This document shows, piece by piece, positions 1 to 14,258 of a stretch of DNA of 64,000 nt (within the stretch, counting starts at the first letter, position 1; each line of letters starts with the position of its first letter). The position numbers and the translations under genes are program-made. The notes under the pieces are model-generated. The model saw only the letters and a program-made list of their open reading frames with translations. It did not search any database and was not told the DNA's origin. The stretch covers positions 1-64,000 of the forward strand of contig RSEE01000101.1 of the NCBI GenBank assembly GCA_003971905.1, given 5' to 3'. This DNA is from Moniliella sp. 'wahieum'. Lineage: Eukaryota.

Positions 1-57
1 AGCACCACCCGCACCCGCACCCGCACCCGCACCCCCACCCTCTCTGCTCTTCCCAGC

Positions 58-997
58 ATGGCCACCACAAGCGACAATGTGACGCCGCTGCAGGGCTACG
101 TGGGCTTCGACTCGATCCCGGCAGATCGAGAGCAAGCTGCTCAAGCGCGGCTTCCAGTTCAACGTCATGGTCGTTGGCCAGACTGGGCTGGGCAAGAGCA
201 CCCTCATCAACACCCTCTTTGCCAGCCATCTGATCGACACCAAGGGCCGCTTTCAGGCCCGATGTCCTGCCGCGCTCGACCACCGAGATCCACCCAGTGA
301 GCCATGTGATCGTCGAGAATGGCGTCAAGCTGCGTCTCAACATTGTCGACACCCCCGGCTACGGCGACCAGGTCAACAACGAAGGCAGCTGGGACCCCAT
401 TGTCAAGTACATCCGCGACCAGCACAGTGCATACCTCCGCAAAGAACTCACTGCCTTGCGCGACCGGTACATCACCGACACCCGCATCCACTGCTGCCTC
501 TTCTTCATCAACCCCACCGGCCACTCTCTCCGGCCGATTGACCTGATCGTGATGAAGAAACTGGCCGAGGGGTGAATGTGGTGCCGGTCATTGCCAAGTC
601 CGATGGGCTGACACTGGAGGAACGCGAAGTGTTCAAGCACGCATCCGTGCCGAGCTCGCCTTCAACGAGATCCGTCTCTACCCCTTTGACGACGCGGACT
701 TGGATGAGGAAGAGCGGGAGCTCAACGAGCGCATCCGCGACTTGATCCCCCTGGCCAGTTGGGTCCGAACGGAGCGTGGTGGTGGATGGCAAAACGGTCA
801 TCGGACGCAAATCCCGCTACGGCGTGGTCCAAGTGGAAAATGAAAACCATTGTGAATTTGTCTATCTTCGCAACTTTCTCACCCGCACTCACCTCCAAGA
901 CTTGATTGAGACCACGGCGCAGATCCACTACGAATCGTTCCGGACCAAACAGTTGCTCGCCCTAAAAGAATCGAGTGCCAAGGCAGCAGGACACTAA
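58..997 (+). CDS. CDC10: Septin, Cdc10-type (frameshifted in this assembly)
   Basis: Consecutive ORF pieces give YVGFDSI, P-loop [33 protein letters not shown] and [23 protein letters not shown]. The protein is short with no C-terminal coiled coil, as in the Cdc10 group. Confidence 0.9.
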
Positions 998-1712
998 TCC
1001 TAATTGGTGCCGACCTCAGCTTAATGCCTCCCCACCTCCTACCCTTCCCCGTTTCGTGCTGCCTGCTGTACTCTTCTCCCACTTAGTTCTGCGTGCCTGG
1101 ATGCGTGCCTGCACACACACCTGCTTCTCTGCCTCCTTTCCCCCGCGACGGATACATCATACCATTGGCCGATCCCCATCTGGCGAGATAGACCGGTCGC
1201 CACTTCCATGGTTAGAGGGGCCGGCGGGGGTTGATAGCACCACAAGACAGAAGGACAAGAGCCTTGGTCTCGTACCAGAATGCTAAAAGACATGGCAAAC
1301 GAGTGGCGCGCGAGGCCCTCTCATCCGCGACAGCGACAGGCTTGCTTGCGTGGTATAGAGAAAACGCATTGTGCTGTCAACGCAAACTTGGCAGCGCGAG
1401 TGCACGCACGGGACCAGGCAGGTGTGTGCTGGGAGCAAAGTCGATGGGCTGGCGGGAAATGGCCAGGAGGCGGCGGTGTGCGTTGCAATTCGTCGTCTGG
1501 GGGGTCGGTGGGGGTGAACGTCGAGTCAGGACGGATGCAGGTGGCGCGGGATGGCTCCATCGCGCGGGCCGAAGCCAAGTGGAGCGCGCATCGCATCCCA
1601 CCCCCGCCGCGGAGCCTCATCGATCATCATCGATCATCCTCGGGCGAACCCACGCTCACCGCGCTCCTCCTCACCTGCCTCGCCCCCGACCCCACCTCCA
1701 CCGCTCCTGCGC

Positions 1713-4700
1713 ATGTACTGGCCCACCGGCACTGCCCGCTGCCTCCATCTGGGGCCAGCAGGCCTCCATGCCCTCCCACCACCATCCCCGCCGAGGCTGC
1801 TGCCGCCTACGAGCGCCACGCTGCCACCGCTGCTGCTGCTGCTGCTGCCGCTGTCTCCGCCGATGGCGCAGCCAGGGCCAGTGTCGCCGACGCCCCCTCC
1901 CTACCAACTCTACCAACTCCCCCACACGCCCCCGTCCTGTCCGTCCCGCCCGAAATGCCCATCCCAACGCGCCCTCCTCCTCTTCGCTTGCGGCCGACAT
2001 TGCTGTTGCCGTCGAGGCGGAGGAGCGGGAGCAACTCGTTGATCTCGCACGAAGCCCGGACGGCGTCTACTTTGCCTGCCTCAGCGCTCACCCTCTCTGT
2101 TTGGACCACCGTCCTACCCAAGCTGTCGCTGTCATTCGGCGCACCCGCGCCAGTGTCACCGAGCACGGCCGCTGCCTTCGCGTCTTTTGGGCCTCACCCG
2201 CCGCCGACGGCAGCCAGCCCCGCCGCATCGCCCTTCAGACAGACCAAAATGTGTTGCTGCTCTATCGCGTGCTCGAGCCACGCGAAAGCGTATATGCTTA
2301 CGTCCCTGTCCTCCCCGACTCTCCCTCCTTACCCCCAGGCCCGCGTCGTCGTGCTCATTCGCATGCTCGCTCCTCTCTTTTTCAGGCTTCACCAGCCCCC
2401 GTGCGCCACTTGCGTCCGAGTCGGGGGAACGGTACGCTCCTGCGCCTCAGGCCATGAACAACATCTTCTCTCGCACCGCGGGCGAGCTCCCCCATCCTCA
2501 CTCGGACACTTGGAGTCCCTCTGCGCGCCCGCCCCAGCCCAAGCAGATTACCCAGGCACTCGACGAGCAGAACGGCGCCGCCCGAGCCGGAAGCTCGAAT
2601 ACCGACTTGGTCGAGATTGAGTTCACGTTGGCCATGCAGATGGACGCTGGGTTGAGCGGGTACGTACTTTCCATCTCGCCCATTTGTTGTTACGCTCGCT
2701 ACTGACACGCGCCGCGCATTGGACCAGCTGCACCGCAACCGAGACCCATGTCGTGGTTGCCACCTGCGATCCACCTGCGATCCAGCTCATCCCCTGGCCC
2801 TCGGACCTCAGTGCTGATGCCCAAACCAAGCGGACCCACACTACCTTGCTCCGCCGCTTGCCTTGGCTGCAGATCCATCCACCACTGGGGGACAAGCCCA
2901 AGTCGACGGCTCCCAATGGCCACGCCAGCAATGGACCTAAATCCAACGGACATACTTTTCCCAACGGGTTGTCCGTCGGCCAAGATGCTGAGATGGCTCA
3001 TGTGATGGCCATCGAGTACAGCCCGTCAATGGGGTTGACATCTGGATCACCTCGGATGGCCGTGCCCACACGGCCAGCTTGGTGTACGACCCCAAATTGC
3101 TCTCCTGGACCGGCCAGACCTTTCACGGTGCGTCTCCCCTCTGTTCCACTGAAGGACCGCGACCGACGCCCCCGTCATCCGTCAGTAGCAAGGGCAAGCA
3201 CCGGGCCGAGCAAGATGACCGTCCTGATCCCGGCCCGATGACTCCAGGCCGCCAAGCTACTTCCAGTGCGGTCAATGCCCCCTTTTCCCTGCTCGCGATT
3301 GGGACCCGCAGTGGAATCGTCGAGGCCTACACCTACGCCTCGACAGGCGCAGCCACCCCTTCGCATAGTATTCGTCTACCTCAAAATGGAGGTACCCAAC
3401 TGGGCAAGGTGACTTCGCTCGCATGGACGTCGGATGGCCATGCGTTGGCAGTAGGCTATGCCCGTGGATGGGTGTTTAGTACCTATGGCCGAATCCTTGC
3501 CACCTCTCATCGTGACCTTTGGACAGGCATTCACCGGCGATTCAAGGACGATCATTGTTTGGTGCCACCCGTCTGTTCTGGACGATGGGCAACAACGAGG
3601 TGATGTTCCTGGCTCGACCGGATGCGTCTCCGCCAGGGACGGAGGCCAAGTCATTTGACCCCAATTCCCAATTATATGCTCTTCCCTTCATCCGCTCCTC
3701 TCAAACCACACTCTGTGGAGGGGCTAGTGCTGCCGCGGCTGGCTACGGATTACTGCATGCGGGGGACAAGTTGATCCTGTACCGTGGGCGCGAACTGAGT
3801 GAATGGCAAGTGATTGCCCCCGATGCGGCGGCGGCACCCTCCAGCTTGCGTACCGGACACAACCATTCCGGCCGCTCGGGTGGAGAGGGGGCAGCCCAAG
3901 GTCAAGCTTGGCAGCACATTCGTCTGCCCCCGCGCTACCTGGCGTTCAACTGGCCGGTTCGGTTTGCTGCGCTAAGTCAGGATGGCGGTTGGGTTGCGAT
4001 TGCCGGGCGAAGGGGATTTGCTGTGTCGTGTCTAACTCCGACGGCCCATGCGTTGGCGTACGCTTCATCCTCTGCTGGCGCGTCCGTTTCCGGCCAAGAT
4101 GAGCCCGGCGTGGGCCAGTGGCGCATTTTGAGATGGCCCACCTCAACCAAGAACAAGGCTTCTCCGTTCGTGGTGGGATTGGCTGGGTGGGCCACGTTGT
4201 GCTCGTGGCAGCCGACTCGGGGGGGAAGCGCAGTTGCGAGCGTACGACGCAAGACTGCCCCTGGACAATGCTCGGCTGCTCGCAATGGAACGGGTGCCAG
4301 CACCCATTGTGCAGATGCGCATCTACCCTGACCCTTCTTCCGACAGTGGAAGCAGCGGGATGGGTGCCAGCATCGTCCTGTACACGGCTACCAACAGCTT
4401 ATATCACGTTCGCCTTTCGTCCCAAGGAACTGTGGTCCGCCACGCTTCGCTCATGACTGGCGATCCCGGTGCGCCGCAAGCGATGCTTACGCGACCACCC
4501 GTCTGTCCCTTAAGATGATGGGCAACCTGTCCCTCTCGTCGGTCGTGTCCGAGCCTACTAGGGTACGGGCGGTGGATTGGCTCGTTCCCCCCCTCTTGGC
4601 CCTCAATCGACCTAAAGAGGTACTCAACAAGGCTACTTTGGTTTTCCTCGTCAACGGTCGCCTCCTCCTCCTCCGTCCTCGGCCTGTTGTTCCAACCTCA

Positions 4701-6403
4701 TCCAACCCCCTTCATCCAACGGCTCCGCAGTTGTTACCCCAGTACCCACGGCACCCAGTGATCTTGGCTCCGTCGAGAAAAAGGGCGGGTCTCCCAAAAT
4801 TGAGGCAAATACTGCCGAACTGCCTCCTACTGAGCCAACATCCCACCCTTCTCCCCCGAAGCTGCATCCGACCCGGCTATCTCCCACTCCAACGGGCTTC
4901 CACCGGCCTCATCGGTGGCGGATTTGGTCTCCTCGGGAACCCCAACACCTTCCGCGTCAACCTCCAGCCTGCCGCCCTCTGCATCCACCCCACAGCTGGT
5001 CACGGGTACCGTCTCTTCCCCTAATCCCTAGCCCGCTCCCTTTCAGGCTCGGCGACAGCGCGTCCTGCATCACAAACGAAAGTCGCTTACCAGGCGCACG
5101 TGCTGGCGGATAAGGTGGAACTGGTGTGGACCACCACCACCTTGATTGATGCACCCAAGGCGCTCGAAAACACACTGTGGGCGTATGTTGATGGCCATGG
5201 GCTGCGGGTATGGAAGGAGACGGGGCACGCACCCGAATCAACTTCCTATCCCCGCTTGGCCTCGGTATCGACCGGGATCGACAAGATGGGCTTGAACTCG
5301 TCCAGTTCATCCTTGGCGAGCCGAGACCTTGCTTCCTCTAGCAGCTATGCGTCGGGAAGCGACTGGACGTTTCGAGTCAAGGAACCGTGCTGCCGCTTGA
5401 CTTTTACCCTCTCTGTCTGCTGGCCAATCGAGGTGTGGTAGTGGGCATGGAAGCTAGCTTGGTTCTACGCAAAAGTCTCGACTTTGGCCTGTGGCGCACC
5501 AGCACGACCACCCACCTTGTCCTACCAGGACTTTTACGGCACACGCTGAGTTTCCTTGCCCACCCTCTGGCGGAAGATGCGATTGCTGCCGCAGCTGAAT
5601 TGGCTACACCCTATGCACGTCTAGGGTACTTTCCCCATGCGCTTGAGATCCTCTTGCATGCCGTCCTGGAGGATGCGGCGGATGGAGGTCCCTCTCCTGC
5701 CACCTCTGCGGCAACCAGCACGCCACCCTCGTCTGCGCGGGAACGCCAGCTCTACCGAGACCCACGGCGCTGACTGATCCGGAGGGTTCCGGTCCGGCTC
5801 GTATGGCCGTGCTGCGCTCCGAGACACGCAAGGCACAGGCGGCGGACCAGGCTGCGCGAGGGGTGGAGGAGCTGCGTCGGACCATCGGCCTGGTCCGGTC
5901 TTTCCCCTCTGCGTTAGGGTGATTGCCAACTGCGCGCGTAAAACCGAGGCGTCGCGATGGCCCACCCTGTTTGCTGCGGGCCCACCGCGCACGCTTCTGG
6001 GCATGGCTTTGCACCAAGGCGATACCCGTACTGCCGTCGCCTTCTTGCTCGTCGTCTTTAGTCTCGCTCCGGACCAGGCTGAGTCAGCGACAGTGGACTT
6101 GGTTCGGACCGCGGTTGAGCGGGGGAATTCGCTCGCGCCCTTGAGGTACTTCGGTTCTTGGCTACCGTTAAGCCTGACGATGCGCAGCTCGCCGCTCGTG
6201 TGGTGCACCAGGCCAAGATTCTTCCGCCTTCTCAACCCGGGAACGGGGAGGTAACCGATCCACAGCGCGGTGCGTCGGTTCATCCATCTTCTTCCCCTGA
6301 AGCTCTGGATGGACAGGATGGATCCACATCCTACGACCCTAGTACTCCCACAGCCTCGGTGCGTCCCCTTGCTCCGCTAGCCACCCAGGAAAGGGACGAG
6401 TAA
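1713..6403 (+). CDS. RIC1: Ric1 subunit of the Ric1-Rgp1 Ypt6/Rab6 GEF (multi-exon, frameshifted)
   Basis: MYWP start, SLAWTSDGHALAVG, YLAFNWPVRFAALSQDGGWVAIAGRRG, LPLDFYPL, YFPHALEILLHAVLE and IANCARKTE..RW are Ric1-family motifs in the expected order. Confidence 0.85.
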
Positions 6404-6872
6404 CCACCCCCGCCCGGCCGAGGCTCCCCTGCCCCCCTGGACACTAAGGGTGCCGTGGCGGGCGCGAGGGTCGAAGAGCCTGTGGGGGATGGCGAACTCA
6501 TGCAAGAAGAGGATCTGGTTCGGTCTCATGTACTTGCCGCCGCCAGGCCAACCTAGATGGAACTTACTTCCACCTCCCACCTCACGTACACGCCTTTGTG
6601 TCAAAATGCACTACGACCCGATTTGCTCTTCCATCTACTGTAGTTCCAGTTGCGGGGATGGGAGGGGGATGCGCAAAGTGTTGTATGCATTGGATTGCGG
6701 GAGGGGGTTAGAATGGGTGCCAGTGATGGGATGGAAGAAGAGTTGGTTCCGTGCAGGGTGGCAGTCTGCTAAGCGGGACATGCAGGAGACGGGAGAAGGG
6801 CAGCACAGCAGCTACGAGAGCCAACTACTTCAAGTAGCTTGCCGCCGGGGCTCACGCTGGGAGTTTTATCGC

Positions 6873-9800
6873 TTACCGACGACGCGGAGCAAAGATAGCA
6901 GCCCGCGCGGCTTTGGAGACGGTGGTTCTGGGTGGCGCAGGCCCTGCTCCGCCAGGCCGGCTGGCAGCCGATCCACTGGGACCGGGACCAGCACTCCCAC
7001 GGCCTTTTTGAGGAGCAGCGTCTCGTCGAGGGATCGAAGGGGCACTCCGGGCTGCACCGCCCGCATCCATCTTAGGTTTCTTTGCCACAGGCACATCCTC
7101 ATCGTCCAACATCATGATGGTCTTGGATGGGGCTGGGGCGGGAAGTTTGGGAGGAAGAGGTCCCGGTGGATGCTTGGGCGGGTGGGGGCTGGAATCTTGC
7201 GTGCATCCTCGGATTTACCCTGAGGAGGGGCAGGTGGCGAAGTAGCATCTCGTGAGGAGGCTGACGAGCCTGGGGGGAACCCACCCGCTCAGATGGGGTC
7301 TTGGGACCGGCTTTCCCCCTTTCAGGAATGTTGACGATTCGCTTCTTGATTTTTTAGCCGGAGGATGATTGGTGGTCTCATTGGCCCCGTTCTGGGCCTT
7401 TGGCGGCCGAAGCCGTTTGCCCTCGGAATCCTCCACCTCGGGCGAATCAATCGGATTGACTTTTGCCACATCCACGGAAAGGCGGGCGACGGCTGTGGCT
7501 GGCTTGGTGCCCGCCTTGGGGCGTTGGATGGGCATGTTGCGAATTGTTTCGGCAGTGACGGCCTGATCAAGTGCGCGGACTTGGCAGCATCAATCAGCGC
7601 ACTCCAGGTGTTTTTGCGCAAGTTGCTCGCATTGCCCAGCACGAACAGACTAGCACGAGCACGTGTCAAAGCGACGTTCATACGACGCGCATATCGGCCA
7701 AGAAACCGATGCTGGAGGAACGAACGAGGGAGAGAATGATAATGTCCTTCTCTTGGCCTTGGAACCCATCGACCGTACCAAAGTCAACAGTCGTCGTAAT
7801 GTCCCACCCATACTTGGCTGCAAATGCATTGCGCAGTTCGTCCACCTGGGCCTTGTACGAGGTCACCACACCCACGCGGTGGGTGAAGTGTGGTGAGGCG
7901 AAAATGGAGGAGACGCTGGTACAATGCCACAACCTGGGCCTCTTGTCGGTTGATAAACGAATGGGATCGGCCAGCGGCCTCGGAACCGAGCACGTCAAAG
8001 AAGAAAAAGGGCGGGGTGACCGTATCTCCATGCCACACACGCTCGGTCTTGGCCGCCATGTTCGGTCCATCTTCCAGCCTGCCCTGGTAGAATGACGCCG
8101 AGGGAAATTTGCTGATCGACGGGTGCATACGGTATTGGATTCTGAAAGGGAGGAATGAAGACGTTAGTTTGGATCTCACAAGCACGACGGTTAGACCGCG
8201 GGCTGAGTGGGGGGGGGGGTACGCACGAAAGAAGGTACACGTTCGACGGGTTAAAGAGCCGAACAAATAACGACTGTGAATAGCCAGCCTTCTCAGCCGG
8301 TTTGGAGATGACCGTCGGGGGAAGTTGGTGAGGGTCACCCACGAGAATGCACCGTTTACACCCATACCGAAGCGGGATCAACGTGACAACTCCACTGCCT
8401 GGGCGGCTTCGTCAATCACCACCGTCTCAAAGTCAATGTTGAGCGCCGCGATCGTTTCTTGTCCGGCACCCGACAAGGTCGAGCACACAATATCAGCGCC
8501 CAAACGATTTGAGCCCGCATGCGACGGCGCTCAGCATCTCTCTCCCGTGTTTGCGCACGCTGTGCGTCCCGCGTATCGTCCAGCTTAGACATAACTGTCA
8601 TCCGCTTGGCCATCACCGAACGAAGCTTGGTCTGGGCCGCGGTGGCTTTGACCTTGTCGCCCGCTTGGTTGCAGGCGTCCATTCGGCTTGCAGCAGTTGC
8701 CGTTGCTGCTGCAGCTGCCGCACTTCTTCTCAGTGCGCTCACGTCTCCCTGTGCATCCCCACCAGTGGAGAGGGCACGTTCAACCATGCCTCCAAAGAAA
8801 CGTCTTTAACCTCCGAGTTGATACTGTCTTCTCGGCCCAACCGAATGACGACAGGGTGCGCCACCTTTCCTTCCCCATCGGGAACACCATCCTTGAGACG
8901 ACGGACAATCTCGTCAATAGCCGCATTGGACGGGGCACAAATCAAGATCTTGGCTCGTGGCGGCAAAGGTTTGCCCGCGCGGGGATCCACCTTGGGTACC
9001 GGGGGACGAGCGGAGAGGAAGTGCGCGACAAGGGCGACGATTGTTTTGGTCTTGCCTGTTCCGGGGGGACCCTGAATGAGAGAGAACCCTGGAGTAGCAA
9101 GCGAACCCAGCACGGCCTGCGATTGGGGCTCGTTCAATTGATACACTTTTTGAGCGTGGGCCAAGTCGGTTGCGGACACCTTGGGATGTGGAGCCACGGT
9201 GCCCGAGTAAATCTCCTGGCGCAGATCAAGGTACTGGCTAATCAGCAACGCCACCGACTCGCGATGGAAGGTGGACAGGGAAAAGAGGCTGCCTGCTTGC
9301 CAGCGCGTGCGAGGAGCAATGGCGGTGTTGAGCTCGCGCGCATTGATGCGGCCCTGGTTGCGAAGAAAGAGACGGAAGACAACTTGGTTTCCGCGTGGAT
9401 GGCGGCGGTACGAGTGAACCTTGGCCAGCACTTCGTGGGACCGATCCGCCTCGGAACGAAAGAAACCAAATCCGTGTCGCTGAGGTTGATCTGCGAATTC
9501 TGCGATTCGGTAGTGTACACGGCATTCACATCGACAAACCCATCCACCACCGAGCGGGAAGTGATCTCGACCGTGACGGTGCGCCGCTCGTCGTACTGTT
9601 CCTTGCATTGTTGAAGTTGGGACCAGCACTCCATCTGAAGCAGAGGTCCGAACACTTCCATGTACTCCCTCGAGGAGGAAAAGCGTTTGGGAATCCGAGG
9701 GGGGCTTATCAGAGAGGCGGTGTGTCGCCCTCAGAAGACAGCTCCCAGCTGAGAATGGCCCGATGAAGAAGAGTAAGATCAGGCGTGGCGCGTAACCGAC

Positions 9801-12800
9801 GCTTCCGCTCCAACTCCTCCTGCTCTTTTCGCCGAGCATCCTCTTCATCTTCAATCATCTTGATCTTAGCTGCTGCTGGCGCAGCACCTCCAGCAGGTTG
9901 GCGTTGACGCAGCGCAGCGATCCCTCGCCGCACCTTCCCTTCGCCATCGGAATCATCATCGGAGGAGGAGTCGCTGTCACTGTCACTGTCGCTCTCACGA
10001 TCTTGCTTTCTGATGCGAGTGGGAGGCCGACGGGCGCCCAAGGCAGAGGCCAACATGGGTGCCGTGGTAGTGGCAACAGGAGCCTTGTCGGGCACCTCCC
10101 ATGCCGGGCCCTGCTGGGCTCGTGCGATGGGCCGCGCCGTGTTAGAGACGGGACGACCATGCGTAGCACGAAATTGCTGACGCATTTGTTGCATCTTCCC
10201 CAACGGTTGTCCGGGCGCCACCCCTGGTGTGGCCGAAGGGCCTGCCTGGCGGCCGAGTTAGATTCAACTCGACCTTTTCGGTCTTGGCGAATGGCCCGGA
10301 GGCACGGGAGAAGTTGAGAGCTTGTTGTTTGCTGCCCGGTTTGCTGACCAGTGACGACACGCGACGCTCAGGCGCAGGGGAGGGGGAGATGGAAGATGCG
10401 GGAGATCGAGAGGAAGCAGCCTTGGTCGTACTCACTGCCTTGTCCCACCAACTGGACGTCTTGGACGTCTTTTGAGTTTGATTGGAGGTCATAGAGCTGG
10501 TTTTGGTAGGCGCAACGACCTCTGCCCGTTTGCGTTTCGCTTCGGGAGCCGAGATGAGCTGCACACTATTGTCTTCCTCCTCTTCCTCCTCTTGCTCCGG
10601 TTCCACACGTTCTGGCACACGACCCACATCGATCTGATACTTGAGTGCAGCAAGTTGATCGATCGTGAGGAGAGTGAAGCGCTTGCTTGCGTCCTTGACG
10701 GCCATCTGGCCATTGACCCAATGAAGCATTCCGGCCTTCGCGGATGCCGGCAAGGGCAGGTCGGGAGAAAAGATGAGCAGCGCCTGTTGGACAAAGGAGA
10801 GTGTCTCGTGCATGATTTCGCTGTCGTTGAGCCGAAGCCATTGAACGGCCTTTTGCAGGGGCGAGACCATGGCGAGCGCGAATTGATCGGGGGATAAGGC
10901 AGGAAGGCTGAGCGCGGCGGCATCTTGGATCGTCTGCAATTGCTGGACCATCTCAATGGCAAACAAGTTCACGTCGCGGAACCAAACTACCATGGCCTCT
11001 CGGTTGAGCAGCTGGGACCAAAGTGCTGTGCGCTCAAAGATCACAGCCAGCGACCGGGCCATCAGGGTCCAGTTTGAGGCAGATGGCGCGAAACGATCGC
11101 CTTGGTCGCTGGGTCGGACAGGAGGGAGTGGGGTGTGCCAGGACGCAACAGACCGTCCCGGATGTTGGTCAAGACGTCGAGAATGTCCGCCAAGCTGCGT
11201 ACCGTCCATTCGGCAAGCTTGTTGGCCTCCATCGACCGATCCGCCACATCCACAAAGGATATCAGGAACGTTTCCAGTCCACTCAACGCATCGGCAGGAC
11301 TCAGCACAAAGAGCGCCGAAAACAGTCGCTCCGCTCCGCCACATCTTCAAATCCTGCCCGCACCATGTTCTGGGCCCCAATGTGCGTCGACACTTCCGGG
11401 CTCAGGTTGAGTTGGACCAATTGCCTGCGTGTTGTGCGCACAGTAAGTTCAGATCCGATTCCGACAAACCTGTGGCCAGTTCCTGCAGCAATTCTTGTGT
11501 CGGTCCACGCATATCGTCCAGAGCTTGGCTGATGGCACGAATGGAGCGACGAACGACCACTTTGTACGTGTGGAACTCGGCGGGGTCATAATCTGCCTCT
11601 CCTTGGGTAAAGTTGAGCAGGTCCGGCGTGGGCTCCATGATGGCCGCTACTGCACAGAGAGGTGGGGCCAACAGAGCAAAGGCAGCCCTGGCAGCAGAAG
11701 GTGTGTGGACCGCAGCGTAACATGCTTCCCATACGCTTCTTGTTACATGTGGCTGGGGGTAAGTTTGCTGTGCCGCAGCACGCATCAGGCCTTGGCTGCC
11801 TCCGCGACAATCTCCTTGGATGACTTGGTCACCTTGCCGGATGCATCAACTTGGTCCGGGGTGGACTTGAGCTTGGGACGGCGTTTCCATTTGCTCAGGT
11901 GGGCTTGGAGGATCTTGGCCAGGTCCAGGACGGCGTCGCGACCTGCACGCATCAAACAGCAAAAGGCGAGACAAGAGGTGGCGACGACTGGCTCGCGGTA
12001 CTGCTCAAGGCAACGTGAGTTGTGGCATTGGGAAGACGGCCATGCAACCCGACAGAGACCAAGCAGAGGCGTGCAAAGTCAAGGCCTGTGCGACCGCTGC
12101 CGATTCTTCTTGGTGCCCTTGGCCTTGGCGAGCGGAAGGATCCGAAGCGGAGGTGGCGAAGCAGGCCAAGAACAAGTCCGAGCCATGCTCGATGGCCCAG
12201 GTCTTGAGTGGGTCCGAAATGGAGGGAAGCTGCATGGCTTCAAAGATCCACTGGGCCAACGTCTTGATCGCGGTAGCAAACTGGGTTTGGCCCGGTGGGA
12301 GAGAGTGGAGGTGAGCGGATGCCCAGGCCCATGTCCAAGGTTCCTTGCCGGACTGTTGGAGCAGCGCAGTGAGCTGGGTTGTCAGCAGGGAAGAAGCACG
12401 ACAGAAGGGTACTCGGGATCGTCGTTGCGGTCGGACCAGACGCTGGGGGCCGAGCTGCTGGAGGGTAAGGGTGTAGGTCTGAAGCACATCGGGAAAGTAG
12501 AGCGCCGAGTCACTGAGGCATTGCAGAGTAGCCGGGAAAAAGAGAGGAACGGCCAATCACCACTGCCGTAGGCGCGAGAGAGGAGGAGAGTAAGATGATG
12601 CCACAGAGCCACCTTGTGCTCCAGTAGCGTTGTAGGGTCCGAAAGTGATTCGGACCAAGGTCGAAAGGTCTGTTGCCAGCGAAGCGTGTCGCCACCTTCT
12701 TGCCATGCGTCCGGATCGTCCAAGTCCAAGGGAATGTCCGAGGTGGGCGGAGAGGATGTGGGTTGCGCTTTGGGATGGGAATGGAGCTGGAGCTTGGGCG

Positions 12801-13681
12801 GAAGAGGAAGCTGTTTCAGGCATTGTTCGGCCCAGCGTTGCAGCACAGGGTTGGCATCAGCCAGTAGAGCAACCAAGCCCGCGCGCAGGCTACATGCGAT
12901 GCAGGGAGTACATGCGCATCTGGGTCTTCCAACAGGAGGGCAAGAGCATGCCGCAGTTCGCTGGCCGCGGGCACACCCAGCATCTGGCACAACGCCAACG
13001 CCTCGGCGGAGCTCAAGGCTTGGCCGAGGGGTGGAGGGGGTGGGACGAGTCCGAGGGCGGTACTGCTTGCTCGCCTGCGCCTCAACGTCAATCACAGGCT
13101 CCAGTACCCCAGCTGCGACAAGAGGAAGGATGGCGACCTGTTCCGAGCGATCGATAAAGTTGAGGAGGTCACCAATGTTTTTGGCTGGATACGTCTTGGA
13201 CAGCCTGCCATGGTCAATGGTATGGGGAGGGCATGCAGAGAAAGGGGGGGGGGGGGGGGGAGGACAAGGGGCAAAAGAACGCACGAAGTGTAGAGCAAGC
13301 TGCGTCCGGATAGGTAGCCGCGGTAGCAGTGCGGACAAGCAAAGATGCACTGCCACAGCATCCGGATCCACTCGAGCGTCTCCTCCTTGTCCTTGAACGA
13401 AAAGATACGGAGCATGGCAGACTGGATGACGGCGTATGGCGGCATTTCCTCTTCTCCGTGTCGCTGGATGGGTGCGACGACGCGGAATCCAACGCAGCGC
13501 AGTCGGCAAAGATGCTGTGGTGGCAAAAAGGTGGAGGAAAGCGTCGGGGTTGGGGTGGGGTGGGGTCGGTGCTGCGGTGCGTGCGAAGGCGGCGGAGGGT
13601 GTTGGTGACGAGGCGGCTGTAGAGCGCGACCTCGCGGGGACGCTCCAGAGCGGCGCGTGCCAGCTCGTACACATCGGCCAT
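6873..13681 (-). CDS. SEN1: Sen1/senataxin SF1B helicase with a long N-terminal domain (multi-exon, frameshifted)
   Basis: FSLIQGPPGTGKTKT, ILICAPSNAAIDE, IPLRYGCKRCILVGDPHQLPPTV, QYRMHPSISKFPS, TVDGFQGQEKDIIILS and MNVALTRARASL. The N-terminal C-x2-C...Y segment is typical of the Sen1 N domain. Confidence 0.9.
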
Positions 13682-14258
13682 GGGGATGGCGAGAGGCGGG
13701 GTGGTGGGGGGGGGTGGAGGCCGCCGCATCTATTTTTTTGCCAGTGGAGGGTGGGCTGGCTGTCCACGAATGCGCACGGGTCACCGGTCACTCGTCACTC
13801 GTCCCTGCCGCCATGCTTCCGCCGCCGCCACACGCCGTGGCTCAGCGCGACGTGTTTTGGACGCGTCCTTCCGTCATTTAAATTTCGCGTCGCGCCTCGG
13901 ATTTCACCGCGTCTTCCGTCACCTAATCACCAGGCCATAGTCTCTGACGAGTCACGCACGCAGCCCGCAGGCCTCCACATCCAACCCTCAACCACAGCCT
14001 GCCCTCTCAGCCTCGTCGGGCACGTCTATCGATCTGCACGCACCAGCAAAAGAAGGGGCGATCGAATACAAGCAAAGCAGCGGCTATGGAACGGGGCAAA
14101 ACAAAATAACACAAAACACAGGCGAGAGAACAGCGGGCACGTCGGACGAGGAAATCCTCCCCATTTCCTGCGGCGTGCCACACAGCCACTGCAGCACCAA
14201 GTCGGCGCAGCCTGAACGCTCAGGCTGACGCTACCGCAGAGACTCTCAGCCGAGCGGC